Notes: generated from the letters alone by a model not told the origin. 63,666 nucleotides of DNA, filler included, from Octopus bimaculoides (GCF_001194135.2; 4 parts of 4 records of this genome joined end to end with filler, not necessarily neighbours in it); one strand, 5' to 3'. Counted from the first letter of the whole stretch, positions 1 to 11,203 are shown. Numbers and translations: made by a program.

Positions 1-269
1 GAATCACCAAAATTGGCCTTTCATTATTTATAATCTGTACTTGTTTGTTTGGTTATGAAATAAAATACACAAAACGTGTTTCTGAATTACGTGTATTTAC
101 TTTATATACATATGAGTTGAAAACTTTCTTCTAGCATTCCACTTAAAGTCTATGTTCCATGCTGGCATGGATTGGAGAGTTATTAATGTAGAAATATGGT
201 ATCGTAGCTACTAACAGTTGAGGGTTGCGTAGTCTAGACAGCGTTTTTAGATTTCATTATTCTCTTTAA

Positions 270-297
270 CCCGGGCAACGCCGGGTATTTCTGCTAG
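270..297 (+). mobile_element. Helitron-type 3' terminus (GC hairpin + CTAG)
   Basis: CCCGG-GCAACG-CCGGG hairpin, 8-nt spacer, then CTAG|T, the canonical Helitron 3' end. A near-identical terminus occurs at 52780-52807. Confidence 0.6.
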
Positions 298-667
298 TAA
301 ACGATAAAAACAACACAGTAAAATAAACAGAAGAAACTTTAGAAAGTTAAAATGGCTAACCTGGTTCCTATCCCAAATTTAATAACTGATATGTAACCAG
401 CCCCCAACAGATAAAGGATAATTTCAGTGAGATCTGAAGTCATGCAAATGGATGATAATTTATCTTTCCTTTTTTTCTAAAAATACCCAAATACCACTTA
501 ATGTATGTAGATACATTAGGATACATTAAATGATTTCCATATCCCAATTCCAGTTTTTGTCTATTTAATAGTAACTGTTTTTATTTGAATATTGCACTGA
601 TGTTTGGTTTCCTGCGATGGATAAACAAAATATTAACAGTGAAGAAGTGATATATCAGTGTGGTTAA

Positions 668-860
668 TATTGTCATCATCATTCAACTTCCATCTTCCAG
701 GCTGGGATGGGTTGGACAGTTTGACAGGATCCAACAAACCAGAGGACAGTGTCAAGCTTCAGTGACTGCTTTGGCATGGTTTCTATGGCTAGATGCCAAC
801 CACTTTACTATTGGGTTCTTTTTACGTGGTACCAGCATTAGTGATGTTACCAAGTAACTT
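668..860 (-). mobile_element. Decayed copy of the '...GTTAAACGATGATG'-tailed interspersed repeat (family E)
   Basis: Similar by eye to 8450-8600, 40775-40980 and 42630-42900. Confidence 0.4.
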
Positions 861-1442
861 GCAAGACAAGACCTTAAACTGGATGGGGGTTAGTTTTGAG
901 GAAGGTGGTTTTATGCCAGGTGATGAGAAGTTGAATAATGATAGGGGAATAGAACCAGGTGTCTTGCAATAAAAAAGATGCAAAAGGAGAAATGGAAAAG
1001 AAGAGAAGGTGTTGGTGAAAAGGTGTCAGGACATACTTCAAGTTTCAAGAAGATGGATATTAGAGAAGTGATCAGAAGAATGGACAGGCTGAAAGGGAAG
1101 GTAAGTCTGCAAGAGTTTGGAAAGAAAGTGGCAGATGAGGATGTGAAAGGAGAGTTGCACAATTTATTTAAATAATTCAATAAAAGCAATCTTTAAAATT
1201 TTGCCAACTTTGTAATTAAGCCACAATTCACTGCTGAAATTTATTTTAATTCACCTATACCACAAGTAACATGGGATAGGTCATAAGTGTCATAAATGCC
1301 ATTTATTTCCTCAAATTACAAAACTAATTTTGATCTTCCGTCTAGTCAAGAAAGATACCAACATTTAGTAAATGATACCTTCAAATGTGTTAAAACTAGA
1401 ATACTAAAATTGATAAATGGAAATAAAATATAATGGTCTTAC

Positions 1443-1611
1443 GTGAAATCCTGCAGTAAAACCCTGGCAGGTTTAAAAGGTATTTCAATATTCTCATTTT
1501 GGTTCACCTCCCAATTCAAGATATTTTCAACATCTTTAGTATGAATGTGAAAATGGTCACAGTTTCTCACACAAGATTCCAATACAACTCTGATAGAAAA
1601 AGGCAATCTCT
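1443..1611 (-). CDS. ACO1: Cytosolic aconitase / iron regulatory protein 1, coding exon (169 bp)
   Basis: Encodes (E)[56 protein letters not shown], matching the IRP1 motifs [11 protein letters not shown] and PFKPARVILQDFT. Acceptor ctttttcag, donor gtaaga. Phase 1 joins the 3733-3828 exon. Confidence 0.95.
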
Positions 1612-2565
1612 CTGAAAAAGGAAATAAATATTTCATCTGTCGACCTGACATTTCTAGATACAATAAAGTAAACTTATACCTTGATGAATAGATCTTTTTT
1701 TTTTATATATATATAAGTATCAAATAATAGCAAACAAATTATTACTATAAAATGTTTTTTATGATAAGCAATTTACACAGTCTCAAAATTAGATTTGATT
1801 ATTACCTTATGAGATAATTTATAAATAAAACAAATTTTAACCAAAAATTTTTATATGTGACTTTCAGGTATTTAACATATGCATTTGTTACACAAAAATA
1901 TGCTCACTGTGTATGTTGTATAAGTCTAAGATCAACTAACCTATTTTTATTTTCAGACATATCTATGACTACATTATCCAATGTATTCTCCCTTCCGTAA
2001 CTCTTTCAATATTAACCTGCCTGAAATCATCCTTGCTTCTATGATGCAATGTCATCTGTTTTAAAGATTTATGTTCAAATTTAAACCTTTGATAATTTTA
2101 TGCAAGAATCTTAATTATAGAATCTTTATGCAGCATAATAATAGAGGGAGTTAGATAATTTAATTAAATCCTTTGAAATTCTTGGTTATTTTCTAAATTA
2201 TATGAAATCCATGGGTAGTGTAATTAGGAACATGGTTATAAAGTAATTTCAAGTTGGTGGTTTCAGGTTTATTTAGCTGCTGTTTCTCTCAGGTCTAATG
2301 ACTGAAGATGCTCCCTCATAGGCACATGAAAGTTCTCAATACATACATTGGGAGTGTATAGAGATGAATTTATAAGTATTTTATACACAACTATTATGTG
2401 CATTTGTAATACAGTACACAATAAAATATTAATAACGGTCAAATGATATTTATTTGCAACAATGAAAATGGTAAATGAAATAAAATAAAAATTGCCAAGG
2501 AAAAAGATTATACATCGATATAAATGATTTAACTCAATCATTTAATAATATTATCCAATCATATG

Positions 2566-2785
2566 AAGGTAGCAACCTGGCAGAATCATTAGCATGCCAT
2601 GCACTATGCTTAGTGGCATCTCGTCCACCTTTATGTTGAGTTCAAATGCTGCCAAGGTTGACTTCATCTTTCATCCGTTCAGGGTCGATAAAGTAAGTAG
2701 CAGTTAAGAACTGGGGGAGGGGGGGACAGTTGATGTAATCAACTTACCCACTCTCCTGAAATTGCTGGTCTTGTGCCAAAATCAT
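2566..2785 (+). mobile_element. tRNA-derived SINE family A, CpG-decayed copy
   Basis: Head GGCAGAATCATTAGC, B-box-like GAGTTCAAAT, body ...GGTCGATAAAGTAAGTAGCAGT. More than 10 related copies in the window. Confidence 0.75.
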
Positions 2786-3732
2786 GTGAAATATATGAAT
2801 GAAGTCTTTTAACTAATAATATGAATTAAGATTCTTTTAAACCATATCACATTTTGCTACAGGGCCATGTAAAAGTATATTTTGGTCATTCAGTTTGAAT
2901 TAGATATACAATACTACATTACAAATTCTTACAACAGCTACATATGACAATTATATAATGCTCTGAAAACCAACATGTCTATTTAAACATAGAATATGTT
3001 TCTAATTAAGAATAAAAATGGAATTCTCAGTTGGCAAAATAAATTCATACATAAAATAGAAAACTAATTGAATACAACAGGCCAGCTTATTCTGATTGTT
3101 TGGAACTAAACATTATATAACCATCAGTGAAAGTATCAAATTGCTGAAACAAGCAGAATGGCTATTAATTACAAGAGAAATTATTATACTTAAACTGCTA
3201 GCTTCTAAAAAATGTATACCATTAAAAAAAAATAATGATTTCATGAAGAGAATGATCTAAATTATTTCCTTCAGCCATTACCATATATATGTTGGTAATA
3301 ACAGTAATCAAAGAACAGTATTAAACTGATTCTCACTTCTATCTTAAAGCTGTGTCAGCTATGAAAAGTTTTCAGTATTTGTTTAATAATTCATTCCTTT
3401 AATATAGTTGGAAATATATTCCATTGAGCAACCACAAACAGAAAAAAAAAAGATGGATCATATATTTGGGGATTTTTTTTTTTTTTTATACAAAAATTTA
3501 AACATCTGTAAAAAAAATTCAAGCTAGTTAATGGCCTCATACAAGACATTAATGAGAAAGCTTTTATTATTAGAGTCATATAATGAGAAAGAAATATTTA
3601 TCCAAGGTTATTAAGTCTACTGGTTAACATATCATATTAACATACTAACAAAGCTAAAATACTTTCAAACATTAAAATTTTCAACAAAAATAATTCCTAT
3701 TAACAAGATAAGAAATTTTAAAACACACGTAC

Positions 3733-3828
3733 CATATCTAGCATCATTCAGTTTTGGAAGGCTGAAATAACAATAATCCTCTCCATTTATTGTTGCTGTC
3801 TGGATTAAGTGGGCATAAGGATTCTGAT
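3733..3828 (-). CDS. ACO1: Cytosolic aconitase / IRP1, N-terminal coding exon (96 bp)
   Basis: Encodes xQNPYAHLIQTATINGEDYCYFSLPKLNDARY, resembling the IRP1 N-terminus (NPFAHL...FFNLNKLEDSRY). Acceptor ttttctag, donor G|gtacgt. Starts in phase 1, so an upstream exon must supply the ATG. Confidence 0.9.
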
Positions 3829-4453
3829 CTAGAAAACATGAAAAAGAAAAATTATGAAATAAAAATATATAACAGGTCAGTAAAAAAAGTATGTAAATTA
3901 CAAACTCAACATATATAAAAGTTATAAGAAAGAATATAAGCAATAGAATATAGCACAAACAATATAAAATAAAATTATAAATATAACTTGGACATTCTAC
4001 TAGCAAAAATGTCATGGAATTACATAATAAATGAACAAATGGCATGCTATCCTTACTAGAAATATGCTCAAATTGCAAACAAGGTGATGACATGGCATTG
4101 ATGTTTAATACAAAACTCAAAGCTTCACTCTAATGTTAGGCAAGAATAACAAATTGATAAATAACTGTACTTATGAGATAAAGTTTTAAAGAATGATCAA
4201 ATTCAATGGAGTTAAACAGTTCAGAAATAACAAGTGTCTTATCTGAAAGGTCAACTTCTGACAAAGTACAAAAGTTTGAAAAAAATAAAACCTAGGTTAT
4301 AACTTTATAAAAATGAATGCTTAAATGGCAGAAAGTATGTTGATTAGATAATGGATAAATTTTAAGTAAAATAACAGGCCTTAATATGTGCCCTTCAATT
4401 TGAACAAAAAAACCCTCAAGTTATTATTTGACATGTTTGCAATGACATCACAT

Positions 4454-4655
4454 CAGGCGAAATGCCTAGCGGTATTTCATTTCTCGTTACGTTCTGAGTT
4501 CAAATTCTACCGAGGTCGACTTTGCCTTTCATCCTTTCAGGGTCGATTAAATAAGTACCAGTTACGCACTGGAGTCGATGTAATCAACTTAATCTCTTTG
4601 TCTGTCCTTGTTTGTCTCCTCTATGTTTATCCCCCTGTGGGCAATAAAGAAATAA
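4454..4655 (+). mobile_element. tRNA-derived SINE family A, 5'-clipped copy
   Basis: GGCGAAATGCCTAGCGGTATTTC...GAGTTCAAATTCTACCGAGGTCGAC...GGCAATAAAGAAATAAT. Confidence 0.75.
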
Positions 4656-5302
4656 TCATATCCAAGTTTTTAGTAAAAACTCTGAACAGTGCATTTGTGT
4701 TAGAAAACTACCCACTAATTTGAATATATACCACTGTTTTAGTCAACATGGAATGAATGCAGATTGTACATATGAATAAAGAGATAATTTGATGTTCGCC
4801 ATAAGTCAAAAATAGCACAAGAGTAAAATGTTTTTAGTATTACCATATCTTCCTCTCTAATTTAAATATACTGCATTTATAACACTGTTATAGTCTTGTG
4901 GTGCCATAAAAAAAAGCTAGAGTAACCTTTATATTATTGGTTTTATAGCTCTATATGCTGAGTTCAAATGCAGTCAAGACTGACATTGAGTTTCATCTCT
5001 GTAAGTACCAATAATATATTGGTATTGATTTAAATGATTAAAACTTGGCCTAACAATCTTTAACACTGTGCCAATACGAGAAACCATTACTATAGTTTTT
5101 TTATCACCAATTATGATAATTTTTTCATCATTTCACAAGCTAGATGACACATTTATCTTCATGATTTAGCAAGAAATGGTCTGTACAACAATCACTGTTC
5201 TTAAACATATAAATTAGGGACCAGATTTCAGTATATTAATCCCTACATTTTGCTTAACAGATTAACGAAGCTAACTTTTCGATTAATGGTGCCCACCTCT
5301 GC

Positions 5303-5335
<33 letters not shown>

Positions 5336-5375
5336 GACATACATATATAGTTGGAATTTACAAAAAGACAAACAA

Positions 5376-5515
5376 AACAAAAGACAAAGACGGGTGTGTA
5401 AACAACAAACAGATATATTAGTTTAATGCTCGGGAAGTGAGAAAGTCTTTTACATTTCAAGCCTACGCTCTTCAACAGAAAGGAACACAGAAATCAACAG
5501 AGAGAAAATAAAATA
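5376..5515 (-). repeat. Dispersed ~140-bp repeat, second copy at 54295-54425
   Basis: Reverse complement aligns by eye with 54295-54425 (…GAAGAGCGTAGGCT(C/T)GAAA(C/T)GT…AAAGACTT…TTAAACTAATA(C/T)ATCTGTTTGTTG…). Confidence 0.7.
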
Positions 5516-5584
5516 TACATACATATATCTATATATATATACACATATATATATATACATATATACATATATATACATAAATAC

Positions 5585-7500
5585 ATATATATTCTTCACT
5601 GTACTCGTTGCCAACCCTCACCTTACTGACAGCATCCCTGTACATGGCTCGCACAGCCCTCACTAACCCTTCATCTATCCCTAGTTTCCTCATTGACCAC
5701 CAGATAAGGGATCGGGGCACCCTGTCAAAGGCTTTCTCCATGTCAACGAAAGCCAGGTACAGAGGTTTATCTTTGGCTAGTATTTCTCTTGCAGCTGTCT
5801 TACCAGAAATCTAGCATCAGTGGTGCTTTTCCCTGGCACGAACCCAAACTGCATCTCATCTAAACTGACTCTCTCCCTAATTAGTTGGGCTATGACCCTC
5901 TCAGTGACCTTCAGTACCTGATCCAACAACTTGATACCTCTGTAATTATTTGTATCTAAAGCATCACCTTTACCTTTGTAGCAGTTGACTATGGTCCTGT
6001 TACACCAGTCATTGGGTATGACTCCTTCATGTGTCACCTGGTTAACAATACGGGTGACTAGGCTATAGCCGACACCGCCAGATATTTTGAGCATCTCTGT
6101 GGTGATTCCTGATGTGCTGGGGGCTTTCCCTGTCTTCATGCCCTTAATGGCTTTATCTAGCAAGGTACTATCAATTCGGATAGCTGGTCTCTCTGTTGGG
6201 TCAGTACTCGGCAGACTCTCTTTATTTAGCAACCTTTCAAAGTGGCGTCTCCAAACCTCCATTTCTCTCCTACAACATCATGATTCTCTCTCACACACTG
6301 TCTTGCAACACGAAATACATCAAGTCTTTGGTCCTCATGGTGCAGAACATTGGCAAACTTTTTCTTATCTGCTTCCTCTCTGGCTAAATAAACCTGTCTC
6401 CTAGCTTCCTTTCTGGCAGTCTGATACAATTCCCTGCTACCACCGTTCTTCCAGTCCTTCCAAGCCTGTTTCTCTTCCCTAATAGCCCTGTCAACAATAT
6501 TGTTCCACTAACACATTACCTTGCACCATCCACAGATCTGGTTAGTGGCCCTCAGCAGGTTGTCCCATAGAAACCTCCTGTTGTCTTCTACGTCGTGTGA
6601 AGCTATATCTCCTATTTCGTGAAAGGCTTCAAGTAATACGTCTCTAAATCTGTCCATTTGCAGGATCTTTAAGCTTCCAGTCCCTTCTCCTCCATGCTGG
6701 TCGTCTTCTGGGCATCCATTTAGCCCTGATCCTGAAGTCACTAACTACTAGTCTATGTTGTGGGGTACATTCTTCGCCTAGGAAGGTTTTGGCATTTATA
6801 AGCAGCCATCTTTCTCTTTTTCTGGCGAGGATGTAGTCAATTTGGCTAGTGTGTCTACCAGAACGGTAGGTGACTAGGTGACTGGCAGGTTTCCTGATGT
6901 TAGTATTGCAAACCATAAGATCATTTGCATCACAGAACTCCACCAGCCCGATTCCCTCCTCATTGCAGGAACCAAAACCATAGCCTCCATGTACGCCATG
7001 GAAGCTCCCTGCATGTTGTCCAACATGTCCATTGAAGTCACCAGCCACAAAGAGAAGGTCCCTGTTATTCGTCAATGAGGTAGTCTGCAAGAGGGTGTCA
7101 TAAAATTGGTCTTTTTGTCCATCAGGTAGCCCCACTTGAGGGGCATTGGCTGAGATAATGGTTGCTAACCCATGATGTAGCACTAATCAAATTTTAAGTA
7201 TTCTATCGCATACTCTGACTACTTCGGTTACCTTATCAACCCATTTCTCCGCAAGAAGTATACCCACACCCCTGACCCTGTCAGTATTCCCTGTCCAGAA
7301 AATTTTGTACCTGTGTTCTTTGCCTGTGAACCTAGCGGAACCTCCTCTCCACCTTACTTCTTGGAGGAAGCACAAATCTACATGTCTCCGTTCAAGCATC
7401 CCAACAATCTCACCAGACCTACCTTTCAGTGTGCCCGTAAGACCCTGGGATGGGAGACAGTAGCGTCATTTACCTGAAAAGAAAGCTCGCATTTGGCAGA
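5585..7500 (-). mobile_element. Decayed RTE-type non-LTR retrotransposon (AP endonuclease + N-terminal RT)
   Basis: Frameshifted ORF pieces: GTLKGRSGEIVGMLERRHVDLCFLQEVRW, FVAGDFNGHVG, HTSQIDYIL...QHRLVVSDF (APE); NYRGIKLL, QFGFVPGKSTTDA, MEKAFDRVPRSLIWWSMRKLGI (RT). Ends inside RT at a microsatellite. Confidence 0.92.
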
Positions 7501-8354
7501 ATTCATAAACAAACAATAGCCTTCAACCTGCATACACTACACCATCATTTTATGCGCTATATGATCACTACCTTACATAGGAGATAAACCCTAAGCAGGC
7601 GTGGAGATGGCAACTTCCGGTAGAGGTGGTGGAGTGGGAGGGATAAGGGCAGGGTGTACCTAGAAATAACAAAATTAGACAAGAGCATCTTCTGGATTCG
7701 TATTCTTTCGGCGGAGTTAATGGAGTAGGGGAATCCGAGTGCGTGTGCTAGTTTATATAGGGTGGGGTGGTGGAGGAGGGGGAAGTGTTGGCGAAGCAAA
7801 TGGTTATCGAAACAGAGAATGAGACAGAATGAGANNNNNNNNNNNNNNNNNNNNNNNNNNNNNNNNNNNNNNNNNNNNNNNNNNNNNNNNNNNNNNNNNN
7901 NNNNNNNNNNNNNNNNNNNNNNNNNNNNNNNNNNNNNNNNNNNNNNNNNNNNNNNNNNNNNNNNNNNNNNNNNNNNNNNNNNNNNNNNNNNNNNNNNNNN
8001 NNNNNNNNNNNNNNNNNNNNNNNNNNNNNNNNNNNNNNNNNNNNNNNNNNNNNNNNNNNNNNNNNNNNNNNNNNNNNNNNNNNNNNNNNNNNNNNNNNNN
8101 NNNNNNNNNNNNNNNNNNNNNNNNNNNNNNNNNNNNNNNNNNNNNNNNNNNNNNNNNNNNNNNNNNNNNNNNNNNNNNNNNNNNNNNNNNNNNNNNNNNN
8201 NNNNNNNNNNNNNNNNNNNNNNNNNNNNNNNNNNNNNNNCACACATTACATATATATATACACACACACATTACATATATATATACACACACACATTACA
8301 TATATATATACACACACACATTACATATATATATATATATATATATATAAAAAC

Positions 8355-8396
<42 letters not shown>

Positions 8397-8449
8397 CTAC
8401 ATACATGCATATACACATAGATACATACATATATATACACATACAAACA

Positions 8450-9183
8450 TATCATCGTTTAACGTCCGCTTTCCGTGCTGGCATGGGTTGGACGGTTTGC
8501 CTGAAGACTGGTGAGCTAGACGCTGCACCAGGCTCAATCTGATCTGGCAAAAATTCTACAGCTGGGTGCCCTTCCTAATGCCAAACACTCCGAGAGTGTA
8601 GTGGGTGCTTTTTATGTGCCACCGGCATGCGGGCCAGTCAGGCGGTCTTGGCAACGACCACGCTCAAAGGGTGTTTTCATGTGCTACCTGCACAGGAGCC
8701 AGTCCGGCAGCACTGGCAACAACCACGCTCGAATGTTGTTTTTCACGTGCCACCAGCACATGTGCCAGTAAGGCGATGCTGGCAACGATCAGGCTCAAAT
8801 GGTGCTTTTCACGTATCACCAGCGCGGAAGCCAATCCATGGCCCTGGCAACGATCACGCTCGGATGTGCTTTTAACGTTCCACTGGCACGAGTGCCAATC
8901 AGGCGGTACTGTCATCGGCCACATCAGCGATTTTGATTTGTTTGCACTTGCCTCAATAGGTCTTCGCAAGCAAGCAAAATTCATTGAACGAGGAATAAAG
9001 GGTACTCATAAGTGGCCAGTTACACCCCACGTCAGAAATTTTGATTTTGATTTTACTTGCTTCAACAGGTCTTCACAAGCAAGGTTTATTGTCCAATGAA
9101 TGAGGGGTATTCATAAATGGGCTGGTTACACCCACTGGCATAGGCCATGCGCTATGATCTCACTTGGCCTGTCAGGTCTTCCC
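8450..9183 (-). mobile_element. Family E interspersed repeat with internal ~65-bp and ~110-bp tandem units
   Basis: 3' tail ...GGAAAGCGGACGTTAAACGATGATATG at 8450, five ~65-bp units at 8604-8925, duplicated ~110-bp unit at 8931-9140. Truncated by an N gap. Confidence 0.65.
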
Positions 9184-9651
9184 NNNNNNNNNNNNNNNNN
9201 NNNNNNNNNNNNNNNNNNNNNNNNNNNNNNNNNNNNNNNNNNNNNNNNNNNNNNNNNNNNNNNNNNNNNNNNNNNNNNNNNNNNNNNNNNNNNNNNNNNN
9301 NNNNNNNNNNNNNNNNNNNNNNNNNNNNNNNNNNNNNNNNNNNNNNNNNNNNNNNNNNNNNNNNNNNNNNNNNNNNNNNNNNNNNNNNNNNNNNNNNNNN
9401 NNNNNNNNNNNNNNNNNNNNNNNNNNNNNNNNNNNNNNNNNNNNNNNNNNNNNNNNNNNNNNNNNNNNNNNNNNNNNNNNNNNNNNNNNNNNNNNNNNNN
9501 NNNNNNNNNNNNNNNNNNNNNNNNNNNNNNNNNNNNNNNNNNNNNNNNNNNNNNNNNNNNNNNNNNNNNNNNNNNNNNNNNNNNNNNNNNNNNNNNNNNN
9601 NNNNNNNNNNNNNNNNNNNNNNNNNNNNNNNNNNNNNNNNNNNNNNNNNNN

Positions 9652-10060
9652 NTAAATGCACATGCATACATATGTATAAATGCACATGCATACATATGTA
9701 TAAATGCACATGCATACATATGTATAAATGCACATGCATACATATGTATAAATGCACATGCATGCATATGTATAAATGCACATGCATGCATATGTATAAA
9801 TGCACATGCATGCATATGTATAAATGCACACGCATGCATATGTATAAATGCACACGCATGCATATGTATAAATGCACACGCATACATATGTATAAATGCA
9901 CACGCATACATATGTATAAATGCACATGCATACATATGTATAAATGCACACGCATGCATATGTATAAATGCACATGCATACATATGTATAAATGCACATG
10001 CATACATATGTATAAATGCACATGCATACATATGTATAAATGCACATACATATATATAAA
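9652..10060. repeat. 24-bp minisatellite (TAAATGCACATGCATACATATGTA), about 16 units visible
   Basis: Exact 24-bp period with four sequence variants. Left end lies in an N gap. Confidence 0.95.
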
Positions 10061-10089
10061 TACACATACATATATATATATATATATAT

Positions 10090-10430
10090 ATGTATAGATA
10101 TGCCGTGCGTGAGAAGACCTGGCAAGCCAAGTGAGACCATAACCCATGGCCTTTGCCAGGGGTGTAACCCACCCACTTATGCGTACCTTTCCTTCATTGG
10201 ACACTAAACTCTGCTTGCGAAGACCTGTTGAGGCAAGTGAAATCGAAATTGAACCAAATTCGATGACTGGCACCCGTGCCAGTGGATCACTAACAGCACC
10301 ATCCGAGCGTAATCATTGCCAGAGCAGCTGTCTGGCTCCCGTGCCGGTGGCATGCAAAAAGCACCATTTGAGCGTGATCGTTACCAGCATCGCCTTACTG
10401 GCACTTGTGATTGTGGCACGTGAAAAAACA
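10090..10430 (+). mobile_element. Family E copy, inverted relative to 8600-9183
   Basis: GAAGACCTGGCAAGCCAAGTGAGACCATAACCCATGGCC... matches the reverse complement of 9030-9183 and of the 65-bp units. Confidence 0.7.
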
Positions 10431-10614
10431 TATGTGTGTATATATATATAATATAATATAGGATAAAATCTTTATAAGAATTTATCAAGTAGTCAGCGTG
10501 AAAAAACCCATAAGGAAAAAAACCCATCGTTTTTTTCAGTAAATATATATAATTTATTACGGAGATGTACTTGCATAGCAAGTGACCTGATCTGAGATCG
10601 TGTGCTGGAACGAA

Positions 10615-10803
10615 AACAATTGCAGCGTGGAAGGTGTTTCATAAGCCATTTAAAATAACACACAGAACTTTGTCAGTGAACAGGTCACGGTCTCAAAGCA
10701 ACGAAAATATTTTGACAAATCAAATTTATATGTTGAAGTGAATCTAACGGATTTTGTGTGTTATTTTAAATGGCTTATAAACACCTTCCACGCTGCAATT
10801 GTT
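10615..10803. repeat. Foldback: ~52-bp inverted arms around an ~85-nt spacer
   Basis: AACAATTGCAGCGTGGAAGGTGTTTCATAAGCCATTTAAAATAACACACAGAA (10615-10667) versus its reverse complement at 10752-10803. Confidence 0.9.
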
Positions 10804-10869
10804 ATATAATTTATATAAGGGCATTACTATATAATAATGCCTCACGCTTAGAGGGACTAAATAAGTTTT

Positions 10870-10969
10870 NNNNNNNNNNNNNNNNNNNNNNNNNNNNNNN
10901 NNNNNNNNNNNNNTTAATTAATTAANNNNNNNNNNNNNNNNNNNNNNNNNNNNNNNNNNNNNNNNNNNN
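10870..10969. other. Synthetic assembly spacer (44 N + TTAATTAATTAA + 44 N)
   Basis: Exactly 100 bp. The 12-mer gives stops in all six frames. Identical at 38532 and 47492. Confidence 0.95.
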
Positions 10970-11004
10970 ATACACACATACATATATATATAAATATACA
11001 TATA

Positions 11005-11170
11005 TACGACGGGCTTCTTTCAGTTTCCGTCTACCAAATCCACTCACAAGGCTTTGATCGGCCCGAGGCTATAGTAGAAGACACTTGCCCAAGGTGCCAC
11101 GCAGTGGGACTGAACCCGGAACCATGTGGTTGGTAAGCAAGCTACTTACCACACAGCCACTCCTGCGCCT
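11005..11170 (-). mobile_element. tRNA-derived SINE family B (5' half)
   Basis: Minus strand GGCGCAGGAGTGGCTGTGTGGTAAG...GGTTCAGTCCC...GGGCAAGTGTCTTCTACTATAGCC. A- and B-box-like head. Confidence 0.8.
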
Positions 11171-11203
11171 ATATATATATATACACACACACACACACAT
11201 ACG

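Noticed and set aside
640-680. Iron-responsive element (CAGUGU loop) near ACO1
   Set aside because: Flanks do not form the 5-bp upper stem with a bulged C. The same holds for CAGTG hits near 4686 and 13690.
8604-8925. Repeat-spacer pattern resembling a CRISPR array
   Set aside because: The spacers are homologous to each other, the repeats are degenerate, the context is eukaryotic with no cas genes, and the array lies inside a dispersed repeat.
10914-10925. TTAATTAATTAA as a biological motif (PacI-like or homeodomain site)
   Set aside because: Always centred in exactly 44+44 N, so it is an assembly spacer.
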